DNA of 64,000 bases from Bacteriovoracia bacterium (GTDB lineage Bacteria > Bdellovibrionota > UBA1018 > CAIPTA01). Both the position numbers and the translations under genes were made by a program. The notes beneath the pieces are model-generated. The model saw only the letters and a list, made by a program, of their open reading frames with translations. It searched no databases and was not told the DNA's origin. Location: positions 256,001 to 320,000 of the forward strand of contig JBFWVL010000002.1 of assembly GCA_050246755.1 (NCBI GenBank), in the 5' to 3' direction. Shown piece by piece: positions 29,292 through 39,898 of this stretch (position 1 is the first letter of the stretch; the number at the start of each line of letters is the position of its first letter).

Positions 29292-32058
29292 CCAGCTTTT
29301 TCGGCACGTAGATCTTCTTCTTGATCTCTTTGCCTTCAACATGCTTTTTCACTTCGGCGCAGTCCAGTGCGAGGGCGAGCACTTCTTCCTGGGTGGCCGA
29401 GGCCGGGCAGTCGAATTGGTCGCGGAGCTTGCCGTTGATCTGCACCACGATCTTCATGGAATCGGCCACGAGCAGGGCGGGATTGGCTTTCGGCCAAGGC
29501 GCGCGGGTGATCGATTCTTTATGGCCAAGCTTGGCCCACATCTCTTCGGCAAGGTGGGGCGCGAAAGGGGAGAGCAGCTTGAGGAAGGTCTCGAGCAGTT
29601 CTTTGTTCTGTACTTTCGCCGCGCCGAATTCGTTCACGCAAATCATGAATTGGGATACGCAGGTATTGAAGTTCAGCGTTTCAATTCCCTGGGTGATTTT
29701 GGCGATCGTCTGGTGGAGCAAGCGCTGGCTGGCTTCCGGAACGGGCGCTTCGCTGAACACGAGCTCGTCGGTTTCGGAGTGGGTCCAGCGCCAGAATTTT
29801 TGCAGGAAGCGCGATACGCCCTCGATCCCGCTCGTGTTCCAGGGCTTGAATTGCTCGAGCGGTCCAAGGAACATTTCGAACAGGCGTAGCGTGTCGGCGC
29901 CGTATTCGTCGCAGATCACATCGGGATTTACCACGTTGAAAAAACTTTTAGACATTTTCTCCACCGCGAATCCGCAGCGGTAGATTTCTTTTCCGTCCAC
30001 GCTTTCGCAAATGAATTTCGCGTCTTGGTATTCCGGGCGCCAGGCGCGGAAGCCTTCTTGGTCTAAGATATCGTGGTGCACGAGCGCTACGTCCACGTGC
30101 AGTTCCGTACACTCGTATTGCTTGCGTAAACCGTGGCTCACGAAGGTTTTGGGATCGGATTTCAGGCGGTACACGAAGTTCGAGCGCCCCTGGATCAGCC
30201 CTTGGTTCACTAACTTGCGAAAGGGCTCGTCGATCTTGCAGGTGCCGATATCGTGGAGGAACTTGCACCAGAAGCGGGAGTAAATTAAGTGCCCGGTGGC
30301 GTGCTCGGATCCGCCCAAATAGAGATCCACTTCGCCCCAATAGTCGGCTTTTTTGGGATCCACGAGCGCGGAATCATTCTTAGGATCCATATAGCGGAGG
30401 TAGTAGGCGGAGGAGCCCGCAAATCCCGGCATCGTAGAGAGCTCAAGGGGATCTCCCCCTTTGGTTTTCCAATTCTTCGCGCGGCCGAGAGGGGGTTCTC
30501 CCGTTTCGGTGGGAAGAAACTTATCTACTTCCGGAAGCTCCACGGGGAGCTCACTCACGGGCAGCACGTGGGGGATTCCATTCTTATAGTAGACGGGGAA
30601 GGGCTCGCCCCAGTAGCGCTGGCGGGAGAAGATGGCGTCGCGGAGGCGGAAATTCGTCTTAGGGATCCCGATTCGGCGTTTCTCTACTTCGTCGATGGCT
30701 TTCTTGATCGCCGCCGGAACTTCGAGCCCGTTCAGGAAATCGGCGTTCACTAATTTGCCTTCTTTGCCGTCGAAGGCTTCTTCCTGCACGTCTTTACCGC
30801 CCGAAACTACTTCCACGATGGGTAGGCCGAAGTGCTTTGCGAAGGCGTGGTCGCGGGTATCGTGGGCCGGCACCGCCATGATGGCGCCGGTGCCGTAGCC
30901 GCCGAGCACGTAGTCGGCCACCCAGATGGGAATTTTTTTCTGCGTAAAGGGATGGATCGCGTAGGAGCCGGTGAATACCCCGCTCACTTTTTTCACGTCG
31001 GCGAGGCGCTCGCGCTCGGTTTTCTTTTTGCACTCTTCGAGGTAGGCCTCCACTTTCGCTTTCTCGGAGGGAGCGCTCAGCTTCTGGGCCCAATCACTTT
31101 CGGGGGCGAGCACCATGAAGGTAACGCCGAAGATCGTGTCGGGACGGGTGGTGAAGATACGGAATTTTTCGCTATGTCCATCGAGGGCGAAGTCCACTTC
31201 GGCGCCCACGGATTTTCCGATCCAGTTACGCTGCATGTCCTTGATGGCTTCAGGCCAATCGAGCTTCTCCAGGCCCTGGAGCAAGCGATCGGCGTAGGCC
31301 GAAATGCGGAGGCTCCACTGCTGCATGATCTTTTGTTCCACAGGGTGCCCGCCCCGCACCGATACTCCGTCTTTCACTTCGTCGTTGGCCAGCACCGTGC
31401 CGAGCGCCGGGCACCAGTTCACCGGTAAATCGGCGAGGTAGGCGATGCGGTATTGCTGGAGGATTTCTTCTTTGGATTTCTCGTCGAGGCGCTTCCACTC
31501 GTCGGCGGCGAATTGGCGCACTTCCGCGGTGGTGGCCGCGTGGATATTTACGTTCCCTTGGGTAGAGAAGCGATGCGCGAGCTCGGCGATCGGCAGCGCC
31601 TTATCGGCGGAGAGATCGTAGTAGTGCGAAAACATTTCCGCGAAGGCCCATTGGGTCCACTTATAGAATTTCGGATCGGCGGTGGAGACTTCTCTTTCCC
31701 AATCGAAGGAAAGGCCGATGCGATCGAGCTGGGCGCGGTAGGTTTTGATATTTTTTTCCGTCGTCACGGCCGGGTGCTGGCCAGTTTGGATCGCGTACTG
31801 CTCGGCGGGAAGGCCGAATGCGTCGTAGCCCATGGGATGGAGCACGTTGAAGCCCTGGTGGCGTTTGTAGCGCGACAAGATATCGGAGGCGATATAGCCG
31901 AGCGGATGGCCCACGTGGAGTCCGGCGCCCGAAGGGTAGGGGAACATATCGAGCACGTAGTATTTTGGCTTCGTGCTGTTCTCTTCAGTTTTAAAAGATT
32001 TGTGCTGCGCCCAATAGGCTTGCCACTTTTTTTCGATTTCTTGCGGATGGTACGGCAT
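29272..32058 (-). CDS. leuS: Leucine--tRNA ligase
   Basis: [45 protein letters not shown]. Start set at ATG 32058. Confidence 0.98.
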   Translation of the reverse strand: MPYHPQEIEKKWQAYWAQHKSFKTEENSTKPKYYVLDMFPYPSGAGLHVGHPLGYIASDILSRYKRHQGFNVLHPMGYDAFGLPAEQYAIQTGQHPAVTTEKNIKTYRAQLDRIGLSFDWEREVSTADPKFYKWTQWAFAEMFSHYYDLSADKALPIAELAHRFSTQGNVNIHAATTAEVRQFAADEWKRLDEKSKEEILQQYRIAYLADLPVNWCPALGTVLANDEVKDGVSVRGGHPVEQKIMQQWSLRISAYADRLLQGLEKLDWPEAIKDMQRNWIGKSVGAEVDFALDGHSEKFRIFTTRPDTIFGVTFMVLAPESDWAQKLSAPSEKAKVEAYLEECKKKTERERLADVKKVSGVFTGSYAIHPFTQKKIPIWVADYVLGGYGTGAIMAVPAHDTRDHAFAKHFGLPIVEVVSGGKDVQEEAFDGKEGKLVNADFLNGLEVPAAIKKAIDEVEKRRIGIPKTNFRLRDAIFSRQRYWGEPFPVYYKNGIPHVLPVSELPVELPEVDKFLPTETGEPPLGRAKNWKTKGGDPLELSTMPGFAGSSAYYLRYMDPKNDSALVDPKKADYWGEVDLYLGGSEHATGHLIYSRFWCKFLHDIGTCKIDEPFRKLVNQGLIQGRSNFVYRLKSDPKTFVSHGLRKQYECTELHVDVALVHHDILDQEGFRAWRPEYQDAKFICESVDGKEIYRCGFAVEKMSKSFFNVVNPDVICDEYGADTLRLFEMFLGPLEQFKPWNTSGIEGVSRFLQKFWRWTHSETDELVFSEAPVPEASQRLLHQTIAKITQGIETLNFNTCVSQFMICVNEFGAAKVQNKELLETFLKLLSPFAPHLAEEMWAKLGHKESITRAPWPKANPALLVADSMKIVVQINGKLRDQFDCPASATQEEVLALALDCAEVKKHVEGKEIKKKIYVPKKLVNLVVV

Positions 32059-32122
32059 GGGCAAGAGCGTAGCATTTTTGTTGTGGCGTGGCGACGGGGG
32101 AAAGCATGTTATGGTGTGCGTT

Positions 32123-32890
32123 ATGGGTGCCTTGATCGACACAATTCCGGCCGGCGCGAGAATCCTCGATGCGCGTTTTCGTCTCGCCGATCCTTCGGCC
32201 GGGAAAAAACTCTACCTCGAGGGCCATATCCCCGGCGCCTATTTCGTGGACCTCGAAACCCAGATGACCGGGAGAAAGACCGGCCGCAATGGGCGTCATC
32301 CTTTTCCCGACCGCAAGGTTTTCGCCGATATGCTCGGTAAACAGCTCGGGATCGGCGCCGAGACGTCCGTAGTAATCTACGACGATGCGGATTATGCCGG
32401 CGCGGCCCGCCTCTGGATGATGCTGCGCTGGGTGGGGCACGAGAAGGTTTGGGTTTTGAATGGTGGGCTTAAGGGATATGCGGGCGAGCTGGCGAAAGGG
32501 GAAGAGCCCCATCCCCCGCTGGCGCGTTTTTTGGCGCGGAAATCTTTGGTGGAGAATTTCACCTGGAACGAGCTAGGCGGAAAATTGCTCGTGGATGCGC
32601 GCGCCCCGGAGCGCTTTCGCGGAGAAGTGGAGCCGATCGATTCCGTGGGTGGGCATATTCCCGGCGCGCGGAATTTCTTTTATCAAAATTTGTTGCACGA
32701 AGGCCGCTTAGATCCTTCGCGTTTGCCGACGTTTGAGGGAAAGCCCACTTTCTATTGCGGCTCGGGCGTGACCGCTTCGGTTTTATTATTGGCGGCCGCG
32801 GAGCGGGGGATGGAGGCTTCGTTGTACGCCGGATCCTGGAGTGAGTGGTGCGTGGTGCGGCCGCAGGATATCGCGAAGGGTGAAAAATAA
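32123..32890 (+). CDS. Tandem-rhodanese sulfurtransferase (SseA-like)
   Basis: [51 protein letters not shown]. Confidence 0.9.
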   Translation: MGALIDTIPAGARILDARFRLADPSAGKKLYLEGHIPGAYFVDLETQMTGRKTGRNGRHPFPDRKVFADMLGKQLGIGAETSVVIYDDADYAGAARLWMMLRWVGHEKVWVLNGGLKGYAGELAKGEEPHPPLARFLARKSLVENFTWNELGGKLLVDARAPERFRGEVEPIDSVGGHIPGARNFFYQNLLHEGRLDPSRLPTFEGKPTFYCGSGVTASVLLLAAAERGMEASLYAGSWSEWCVVRPQDIAKGEK

Positions 32891-33037
32891 CGCAGCGCTT
32901 GGCTAGCGCCGAAGAAGCGTTGCAGCATTTCTACGCCCGCAAAAGACCCAAGAGTTCTTGACTCTTTCGCCGTGTTTTCGTACGAATTAATTCGTCTTTC
33001 AACTTCAACCATTTGCACCGCTTCCCTGAGGTAACCC

Positions 33038-35098
33038 ATGCAAGAAAGCTTGCTGTATCTTCCCTTGATCACCGGACCCATCGCGCTCGTTGTGGCGATT
33101 GCTCTCTATATCCGCATCAAATCGCTTCCGGATGGAAACGAAACGATGAACCGCATCGGGAAATATATCCGGGAAGGATCGATGGCGTTCCTCACCCGCG
33201 AGTATAAAGTTCTCGCCGTCTATTCCCTGGTGGTGATGGCCCTCCTCGGCTATGCGCTCGGCCCCATCGCCGCCGCTTGCTTCTTCGCCGGCGCCTTCCT
33301 TTCGCTTCTGGCCGGTTTCTGCGGAATGAAAGCCGCCACCTACGCGAACGTGCGCACGGCGCAGGCTGCCCGCGAAGGCTCGAAGCCGAATGCCCTCCTC
33401 ACGGCCCTCGATGGCGGGGCGGTGATGGGCTTGGCGGTGGCTGGCTTAGGCCTCGTCGGCCTCGGCGGCCTCTATCTCTTGTTCCGCGGTCAACCGGTGG
33501 TGGGCACCGCGCTCCACTCCTTCGCCGTGGGCGCTTCCTCGATCGCGCTCTTCGCGCGTATCGGTGGCGGTATCTATACGAAGGCCGCCGACGTAGGCTC
33601 CGATATCGCCGGTAAGGTGATCGAGAATATTCCGGAAGATGACCCACGTAACCCCGGCGTAGTGGCCGATAACGTGGGCGATAACGTGGGCGACGTGGCC
33701 GGTATGGGCGCCGACATCTACGAATCCATGGTGGCCGCGATTGTTTCCGCGATGGCGATTGCCCTCACGGTTCCCGTGGAAGGCTTAGCTAAGCTTGTGT
33801 CGGTAGATATGGGCCCCGAGACCACGCGCTGGCTCGGCGTGATGCTGCCGCTCTTGCTCTCTTCACTCGGTCTCGTGATTTCTCTGCTCGTGATTTTTAT
33901 CGCGCGCCTATTGAAAAACGGAAACCCCGCTTCGGTATTGCGTAACTGCTTGATTATTCCGCCCATTCTGCTCACGATCGTTTCTTTCGTGATCATGCCA
34001 ATGCTCGGTATGTCGCAATCGGTAACCATCGCCCTCGCAGCCGGTGCATTCGGCGGCGCGATCATCGGCCTCGTGACCGAGTACTATACCGCTTCCACGC
34101 CGATCCGTAAGATCGCCGAAGCTTGCGTCACTGGCGCGGGCACGGGCGTGATCCGCGGTTTGGCCGTAGGGATGGAATCCATCGTGATCCCGATGGCCGT
34201 AGTAGCGATTGCCGCCGGTGTGGCGAACGAATACTTGGGCCTCTACGGAATCGCCATCGCCGCCGTGGGAATGCTCGCGGGCACCGCGATCGTGATGACG
34301 GTAGACGCCTACGGACCCATCGCCGACAATGCCGGCGGTATTTCCGAAATGAGCGGACTCGGCAAAGAAGTGCGCGACATCACCGACGAGCTCGACGCCG
34401 TAGGAAATACGACGGCGGCGATTGGAAAAGGTTTCGCGATCGGTTCCGCGATCCTCACCGTGCTGGCGCTTTTCTCGGCGTACAATATGGAGATCAACCA
34501 CGTGCGTGAGCTTGCAGGGAAAGAAAAACTCTTACTCGAGCTTACAGACGCAAAAGTTTTGATCGGTATCATCATCGGTTCCGTGCTTCCCTTCATCGTG
34601 GGTGCTACCACCATGACGGCCGTGGGCCGCGCCGCCGGTGCGATCGTGGAAGAAATTGGTCGCCAATTCCGCGAAATCCCGGGCCTCCGGGAAGGTAAAG
34701 CTGATCCCCAACCCGGGAAGATCGTGGATATCGCTACCGTTGCTGCGCTGAAGGAAATGATTTTCCCTGGCACCGTAGCGATCTTCGCGCCGATCGTGGT
34801 GGGATTTCTGATGGGTCCTGCGGCCCTTGCCGGAACTCTCGCGGGCTCGCTCGCCGTGGGCGCCACGCTTTCGCTCTTCATGGCGAACGCGGGCGGCGCC
34901 TGGGACAATGGTAAAAAATACATTGAGAAGGGCAAATTGCCTGGCCACAAAAAAGGCTCTGACGCGCACAAAGCCGCCGTGGTGGGTGATACCGTTGGGG
35001 ATCCATTCAAGGATACTTCGGGACCAGGTATTTCCATCTTGATTAAAGTGATGGGAGTTGTATCGTTGCTCCTGGCACCGTTGATCGCGCTGTTTTAG
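33038..35098 (+). CDS. hppA: Membrane-bound ion-translocating pyrophosphatase, K+-dependent type
   Basis: [34 protein letters not shown] (Ala = K+-dependent class), [11 protein letters not shown]. Confidence 0.95.
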   Translation: MQESLLYLPLITGPIALVVAIALYIRIKSLPDGNETMNRIGKYIREGSMAFLTREYKVLAVYSLVVMALLGYALGPIAAACFFAGAFLSLLAGFCGMKAATYANVRTAQAAREGSKPNALLTALDGGAVMGLAVAGLGLVGLGGLYLLFRGQPVVGTALHSFAVGASSIALFARIGGGIYTKAADVGSDIAGKVIENIPEDDPRNPGVVADNVGDNVGDVAGMGADIYESMVAAIVSAMAIALTVPVEGLAKLVSVDMGPETTRWLGVMLPLLLSSLGLVISLLVIFIARLLKNGNPASVLRNCLIIPPILLTIVSFVIMPMLGMSQSVTIALAAGAFGGAIIGLVTEYYTASTPIRKIAEACVTGAGTGVIRGLAVGMESIVIPMAVVAIAAGVANEYLGLYGIAIAAVGMLAGTAIVMTVDAYGPIADNAGGISEMSGLGKEVRDITDELDAVGNTTAAIGKGFAIGSAILTVLALFSAYNMEINHVRELAGKEKLLLELTDAKVLIGIIIGSVLPFIVGATTMTAVGRAAGAIVEEIGRQFREIPGLREGKADPQPGKIVDIATVAALKEMIFPGTVAIFAPIVVGFLMGPAALAGTLAGSLAVGATLSLFMANAGGAWDNGKKYIEKGKLPGHKKGSDAHKAAVVGDTVGDPFKDTSGPGISILIKVMGVVSLLLAPLIALF

Positions 35099-35140
35099 TC
35101 CTTAGCGAAAGTCCGGTGCTTCACCTGTAGGAGGGGAATC

Positions 35141-36484
35141 ATGCGGACTTTTCTATTTGTACTTTTACTTTCCACGAATGCCTTCGCGGCGGATCTTCCG
35201 TTTAAAGACGGAGATTTCGGCTGCTTCGATCGCGCCAAGGCCGATCGCTACGTTTCCGATTATCATATCGACGTAGCCAGCTTCGGCGGGCTCGAGCTTT
35301 GCGACGGCGCGAAAGAATCCAAGAAACTTTTTAACGATCTTCACTTGATCGAGAACGCCCAGTTCGTGGCCGGTCGTGATCACGCCTTCATCAAAGGCTA
35401 CGTGGACCGCGCCAACTACTATAACTGGATGAAGAGCCAGACCCGCTCGGTAAACCGCGGCCACGATATTCCTTACGCCACGGCCTATAACTCCTGGGGT
35501 AATTTCACCATGCAGGACGGCTGGACCACTTTGTCCACGCTCGGCCGCGTGGGCACGATCATCCACGAAGCCCGCCATACGGCCGGTTACCCTCACTACC
35601 GCTGCACCTTTGGCCCTTACGCGAACTCCAGCGTATCGGGCTGCGATACTTCCTACGCACAGGGCGGATCCCACGGTGTGGAGATGGAATACTACGCGCG
35701 CGTGGTGCTTGAGTCCCAGAACCTGCATCCCGTGTATAAAAGCATGGCACGCTTGATGGCGATGGGCCGCTCGAATTTCGTTTTCAACTTGCAGCCGATG
35801 AAGAAACGCGAAGCGCTGATGGGCCTTGCCGGCAACCGGCTCGTGCTCGTGGATTCCAATGAGCTCATGGAACGTCCCGTGCCGGTGGCGGCCGCAGGTT
35901 CGCGCTTGAAGCGCACTTCCTTCGGCGCCAGCCTCGTGAAGGGCCAGGAGAGCGTGGCGATTGATCTGTATAATAAAGACGATCTCGGCTTCTCCGCCAA
36001 AGACGATTATTCCTACTACAAGCTTTTCTCCACTCCCCGCGACAACGCTCCCACCAGCGTGCTCGATACCGAGGAGTTCGACGTGGGCAGTATGCGTTAC
36101 TTCACCGTGCTGGATCAGCAGGGAAAAATCTCCAGCTACGATTTCCCCAATGGGAATTGGTTCGTGGCCACGGCACCCCAGGCTTCGGCCCGCGCGCTCG
36201 TGACCCGCGCTCCCAACGGCCAGAGCGGCCTCTTCGTGGTGAAGGCAGACGGAACCATTCTTCCCTTTGATCCCACGAACCGCAGCTTCGGCGCTCCGCT
36301 CAGCGATCGCTGGAGAGCGGATACCGCCGCCTACGCCATGCTCGGCAACAATCTCGTTCGCTTAACGAGCGAAGGCACGATGGTGAGCGCGGCTTCCGGC
36401 GCGCCCATCGATGCGTTCTCGCAGTATCATTTCACCGACCTCGTGAACGTACCCGTCTATGACGCTTTCGAAGTGGCTCGTTAG
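35141..36484 (+). CDS. Secreted protein with an HExxH zincin-like motif and a beta-rich C-terminal domain
   Basis: Signal peptide (AFA); GTIIHEARH; SD AGGAGG. Confidence 0.75.
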   Translation: MRTFLFVLLLSTNAFAADLPFKDGDFGCFDRAKADRYVSDYHIDVASFGGLELCDGAKESKKLFNDLHLIENAQFVAGRDHAFIKGYVDRANYYNWMKSQTRSVNRGHDIPYATAYNSWGNFTMQDGWTTLSTLGRVGTIIHEARHTAGYPHYRCTFGPYANSSVSGCDTSYAQGGSHGVEMEYYARVVLESQNLHPVYKSMARLMAMGRSNFVFNLQPMKKREALMGLAGNRLVLVDSNELMERPVPVAAAGSRLKRTSFGASLVKGQESVAIDLYNKDDLGFSAKDDYSYYKLFSTPRDNAPTSVLDTEEFDVGSMRYFTVLDQQGKISSYDFPNGNWFVATAPQASARALVTRAPNGQSGLFVVKADGTILPFDPTNRSFGAPLSDRWRADTAAYAMLGNNLVRLTSEGTMVSAASGAPIDAFSQYHFTDLVNVPVYDAFEVAR

Positions 36485-37127
36485 TCTAGTAGTACTCGGC
36501 ATGTTCCTCGTGGGAGGCTGCCTGTACTACCTCGCGCATCACCGCTCTTCCTTTCCGGAAGAGCGGGATCCGGCTCCTATTTCCAAACCCGTTAGCCAGG
36601 AAGTGCAAACCTTCCGTGCCGCCCCGCGGGTCGAGCGCGTGGAGCAATTCTATAAAGCGGAGAGCGCGCGGGTAGGGGAGGTAGATCCCGATCCCACGCT
36701 CACCGAAGAGCGGCTTCGTGCGGTGGCTTCGGAGTTAAGCGCGGAGGAGATCAACTGGCTGAAGTTGCGGGCCCTGAGTGCTAAGGAAAATGCCGATGCG
36801 CGTTTTTTCGCCGCCTATCTACTCGCGCTCAGCCAGAAAGACGAAGCTTTACCGGCCCTAAAAGAGATTGCCTCCACGCCGCTGCCAAATTCGAAGAATC
36901 AGGGCGAAGTGGAATTGGGCCGGCAGATCCGCGCGCAGACCATCGAAGGAATCAGCCAGCTAAAAAGCAAAGCCGAAGCCCGCGATGCCCTGCTGGACAT
37001 CGAACAGGCGCAAACAGATGAATTCCTGCGGGACCGTGCCCACCGCGCGCTCTATGCCCTCAGCTCCGGAAAGCCGGTGGAGCAGCAGGACAAAGAGGGC
37101 ATGGGCAAGCTTCTCTATGGGCAGTAG
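36459..37127 (+). CDS. N-terminally membrane-anchored HEAT-repeat-like helical protein
   Basis: TM helix, then ARFFAAYLLAL, IRAQTIEGI, LRDRAHRAL repeats; overlaps the upstream gene by 26 nt. Confidence 0.7.
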   Translation: MTLSKWLVSLVVLGMFLVGGCLYYLAHHRSSFPEERDPAPISKPVSQEVQTFRAAPRVERVEQFYKAESARVGEVDPDPTLTEERLRAVASELSAEEINWLKLRALSAKENADARFFAAYLLALSQKDEALPALKEIASTPLPNSKNQGEVELGRQIRAQTIEGISQLKSKAEARDALLDIEQAQTDEFLRDRAHRALYALSSGKPVEQQDKEGMGKLLYGQ

Positions 37128-37130
37128 CGC

Positions 37131-39782
37131 TTAGTGCGCGCTGCTTCCTTTTACCGGATTGTCACTTTTCTTCGCGTCGCCGGTGGCGGAAAGCTCGGTT
37201 TCGCCTTCGTAAGGAGGAGTATAGTTATCGAGCAGGTTTTTCGCCGTGGTGCAGGCGGAAGCGGCGCCATCGGTATCGAATACCCCCGGCTCCGCGCCGT
37301 CTTCTCCGCATTTCTCGGCAATGTCTTTGATCGCCGCCGAGATGGAGCCGTTTTTCACGCGCACGCTGGAACGGCTATCGTTGGCTAAGGTGTCGAGCTC
37401 GTTGGCGGCTTGTTCCGCGCAGCTGCGTTTTTCCTCGCTCACGGCGGCCTTCTTCGCGTTTTTCTTTTCCTTCAGCTGAGAGCTGCGAAGGGCGAGCAGG
37501 GCTTTGCGCTCTTCTTTGGTATCCGCGGCGGAGATCATGGCGGAATCTACTTCGTCGGCGTCGTCGTCATCCCCGCTGGCGTTCTTCGCGCGGCTCATGC
37601 AGGAAGTGTATTTCGCAGAGATTTTTGATCTATCGTCTTTGTCCGCCTTATCCTGACTCTTGCGCAGCATAGCTTCGAGAGGGGTGAACATCTTGGTCAT
37701 ATTGCTCGCTTTGCAGATTTTCTCCGCATCGCAATCGCCGAGCGCATTAGCGATCGAGGCGTAGTCGGATTTTTTCAGGGCGCATTGAGATTTCATCTTC
37801 GCGGCTTCGGTAAATTTTTTCCCGATTGCGCTCCGGCGCTTCTCGATCGACTTCAATACGTCGTCGGTATCGCCCATCTCCACGTAGCTGCCCACGCCGG
37901 CGAACGCCGCTTTCATGTCTTTAGGGGTTTTAAAGAGGCCGGTTTTATCGTCTTTCTCCAGCTCTTCACCTTTGACGGTTTTGCTTTCCAGGCTGGCGCT
38001 GATCCCGTATTTCGCGAAATCGGCATTTAGCCCAGCGGTAGCCGAAGTGATCATTTCGCTCATCGAGGTGAAGCTCGTGGCGATGCCGCCCATTAGGGTC
38101 TGGATATCGCTATTATGCGTTTCCACGAATTTTTCCTGGTTCAGGGTCTCGGTTTGCTTGGCCTTCTCGTGGCTGTCGCGGGCGGTGCTCAGCACGTTGA
38201 TGCATTCCTGGAAACCGGCGCAGGTCACGGTGGCGGCGGATGAGGAGGGAGCACCTTGGGCATCGAGCTGAAGGTTGGGGATGCTGATGGCGGTGGTGCC
38301 GGCATCTACGTTGATTTTCGTGCCGTCGTTCAGCATCACCTCTTCGGGATGGCCGTTGATCCCGCTATTCAGCATACCCTGCATTTTGCGCAGGCAATCC
38401 ACGGACTCGTTGGGATCGTTATTGGCGGTGCAGGTGGAAGAGAACTGCGAGAGATCGCGGTTATAGGTTTTCGTGAACGAAGTCTTGAAGTCCGTCATCG
38501 CGTTCTTCGTGGTCTGAATCAGGTTCTTGGCTTCGAGGGCCACCTGGCGCTCGGCATTGGCGATCGATTTCAAACTGCCCTTATAGGCGTTGCCTTCCGA
38601 TTTCAGGCTGGCCTTGAAGTTGTTCACGGCCGAGTTATAGCAAGCGCGGTAGCGGGTTTTCACGAAGGTGGCCAGCTCACTCGGCTTCACACCATTGCCC
38701 ACGAACTGGGTGTTGGAAATTTCTTCGCTGGTCTCGTTCATCATTTTATTAAAACGGCTATCGAGGATCCCAAGGAATCCGTTCGGATCCTTGGCGTCAC
38801 CCTCGATTTGCTGGGCCACTTCCATCATTTTGTTGGCGGTGATCGAATTCATCGCTTCCGAGATCTCGGAGTTCTTGCCGGCCTGAGCGCGGCTCACGGG
38901 ATTATCTTTGGCGGTTTTCCCGATATAGCGCTCCACGCATTGTGCGGGGCTCATGGCCGCGCCACCGAAACACGACTGACGGCTGCCTTCGTAGCACTTC
39001 TGGGTTTTGTCCATGATATTGAAGTACCAGTTGTTGGCGGTGGTCACCCGTTGTTCTTTGATGGAATCCACTTTGGCGCCGAGGGCAGCCACTTTATCGT
39101 TCAGCTCGATCGCGGCTTTCTGCAGCTTGCCGAGCTGGTCGCGGAATCCGCCTTTGCCGTCCACGTCATTCTTGATTTGCTCCGCGATATTTTCGTGGAT
39201 CTTGATGATCTTATCGCGCGTGCTCCACACCTTGGTGGCAGCCTGAGTGATTTGATTGAAGGGAGCTTTGGCGGTTTCGGCGATTTGGTTCACCTTGTTT
39301 TGCATGGTGCGGATACAAGCGATCTTCGCCGCCACTTCGCTCATCTCCTCGGCGTTTTTCTTGGCGGAATCGATGATGTCGCCGTAGTTTCCGCAGGTGG
39401 CTTCCACGGTCTCGAGGTCTTTGCCGTCGAATTTTGCTTTTTTAAATTTCGCCGTGTCCTTCTTTGCTTTCTGCACGCATACCTGCGCCTCGATGGCGGC
39501 GGTGGACAGATTCATTTTCATTTGGTTGAGCGCGTTCATCTGCGGGGTCATCTGGCCCTGCATCCCGTTGAGGGTACCGAGGTGATTCACCAGCTGCTGC
39601 ATCTGTTGCGCGGAGGAAGTATAGGCTCCCACTCCCTGCGCGGCCGTGCCCACCGCGCCGGCGGCGGCGTTGACGATATTCGTGCTCGCGTCTTCGGCGT
39701 ATACGAAGGGCACTTGGCCGGCGGCCATGGCCACGGTGAGGGTGGTGAAGAGAAAGCGTTTGGAGGCGGACAGGGTTTTCAT
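37131..39782 (-). CDS. Large secreted Cys-rich helical/coiled-coil hypothetical protein (883 aa)
   Basis: Signal peptide ending VYA; A/K/Q/S/T-rich; 18 Cys counted; SD GAGG. Confidence 0.8.
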   Translation of the reverse strand: MKTLSASKRFLFTTLTVAMAAGQVPFVYAEDASTNIVNAAAGAVGTAAQGVGAYTSSAQQMQQLVNHLGTLNGMQGQMTPQMNALNQMKMNLSTAAIEAQVCVQKAKKDTAKFKKAKFDGKDLETVEATCGNYGDIIDSAKKNAEEMSEVAAKIACIRTMQNKVNQIAETAKAPFNQITQAATKVWSTRDKIIKIHENIAEQIKNDVDGKGGFRDQLGKLQKAAIELNDKVAALGAKVDSIKEQRVTTANNWYFNIMDKTQKCYEGSRQSCFGGAAMSPAQCVERYIGKTAKDNPVSRAQAGKNSEISEAMNSITANKMMEVAQQIEGDAKDPNGFLGILDSRFNKMMNETSEEISNTQFVGNGVKPSELATFVKTRYRACYNSAVNNFKASLKSEGNAYKGSLKSIANAERQVALEAKNLIQTTKNAMTDFKTSFTKTYNRDLSQFSSTCTANNDPNESVDCLRKMQGMLNSGINGHPEEVMLNDGTKINVDAGTTAISIPNLQLDAQGAPSSSAATVTCAGFQECINVLSTARDSHEKAKQTETLNQEKFVETHNSDIQTLMGGIATSFTSMSEMITSATAGLNADFAKYGISASLESKTVKGEELEKDDKTGLFKTPKDMKAAFAGVGSYVEMGDTDDVLKSIEKRRSAIGKKFTEAAKMKSQCALKKSDYASIANALGDCDAEKICKASNMTKMFTPLEAMLRKSQDKADKDDRSKISAKYTSCMSRAKNASGDDDDADEVDSAMISAADTKEERKALLALRSSQLKEKKNAKKAAVSEEKRSCAEQAANELDTLANDSRSSVRVKNGSISAAIKDIAEKCGEDGAEPGVFDTDGAASACTTAKNLLDNYTPPYEGETELSATGDAKKSDNPVKGSSAH

Positions 39783-39822
39783 AAATACCTCAGGGACCTT
39801 TGACAGTGGAGTCCTATGGTAT

Positions 39823-39850
39823 TTATCGTCTAATTCCGGAATTTCCTTGA
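39823..39850 (-). promoter_or_regulatory. sigma28/FliA-type promoter
   Basis: TCAAG-N15-GACGATAA on the minus strand, upstream of the 883-aa gene. Confidence 0.7.
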
Positions 39851-39870
39851 GGAAGACGGCGTTTTTGGCC

Positions 39871-39887
39871 TGTCTAAAAGTTCGACA
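39871..39887. promoter_or_regulatory. TGTC-N9-GACA palindrome (candidate transcription factor site)
   Basis: TGTCTAAAAGTTCGACA; second copy at 43735 is 15/17 identical. Confidence 0.55.
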
Positions 39888-39898
39888 CTTCCGCGCCC

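Noticed and set aside
32888-32926. TAAC at a stop codon followed by a hairpin, resembling an integron attC site
   Set aside because: Only about 35 bp separate TAAC and GTT, the right end GTTGCAG does not fit GTTRRRY, and there is no integrase or cassette array.
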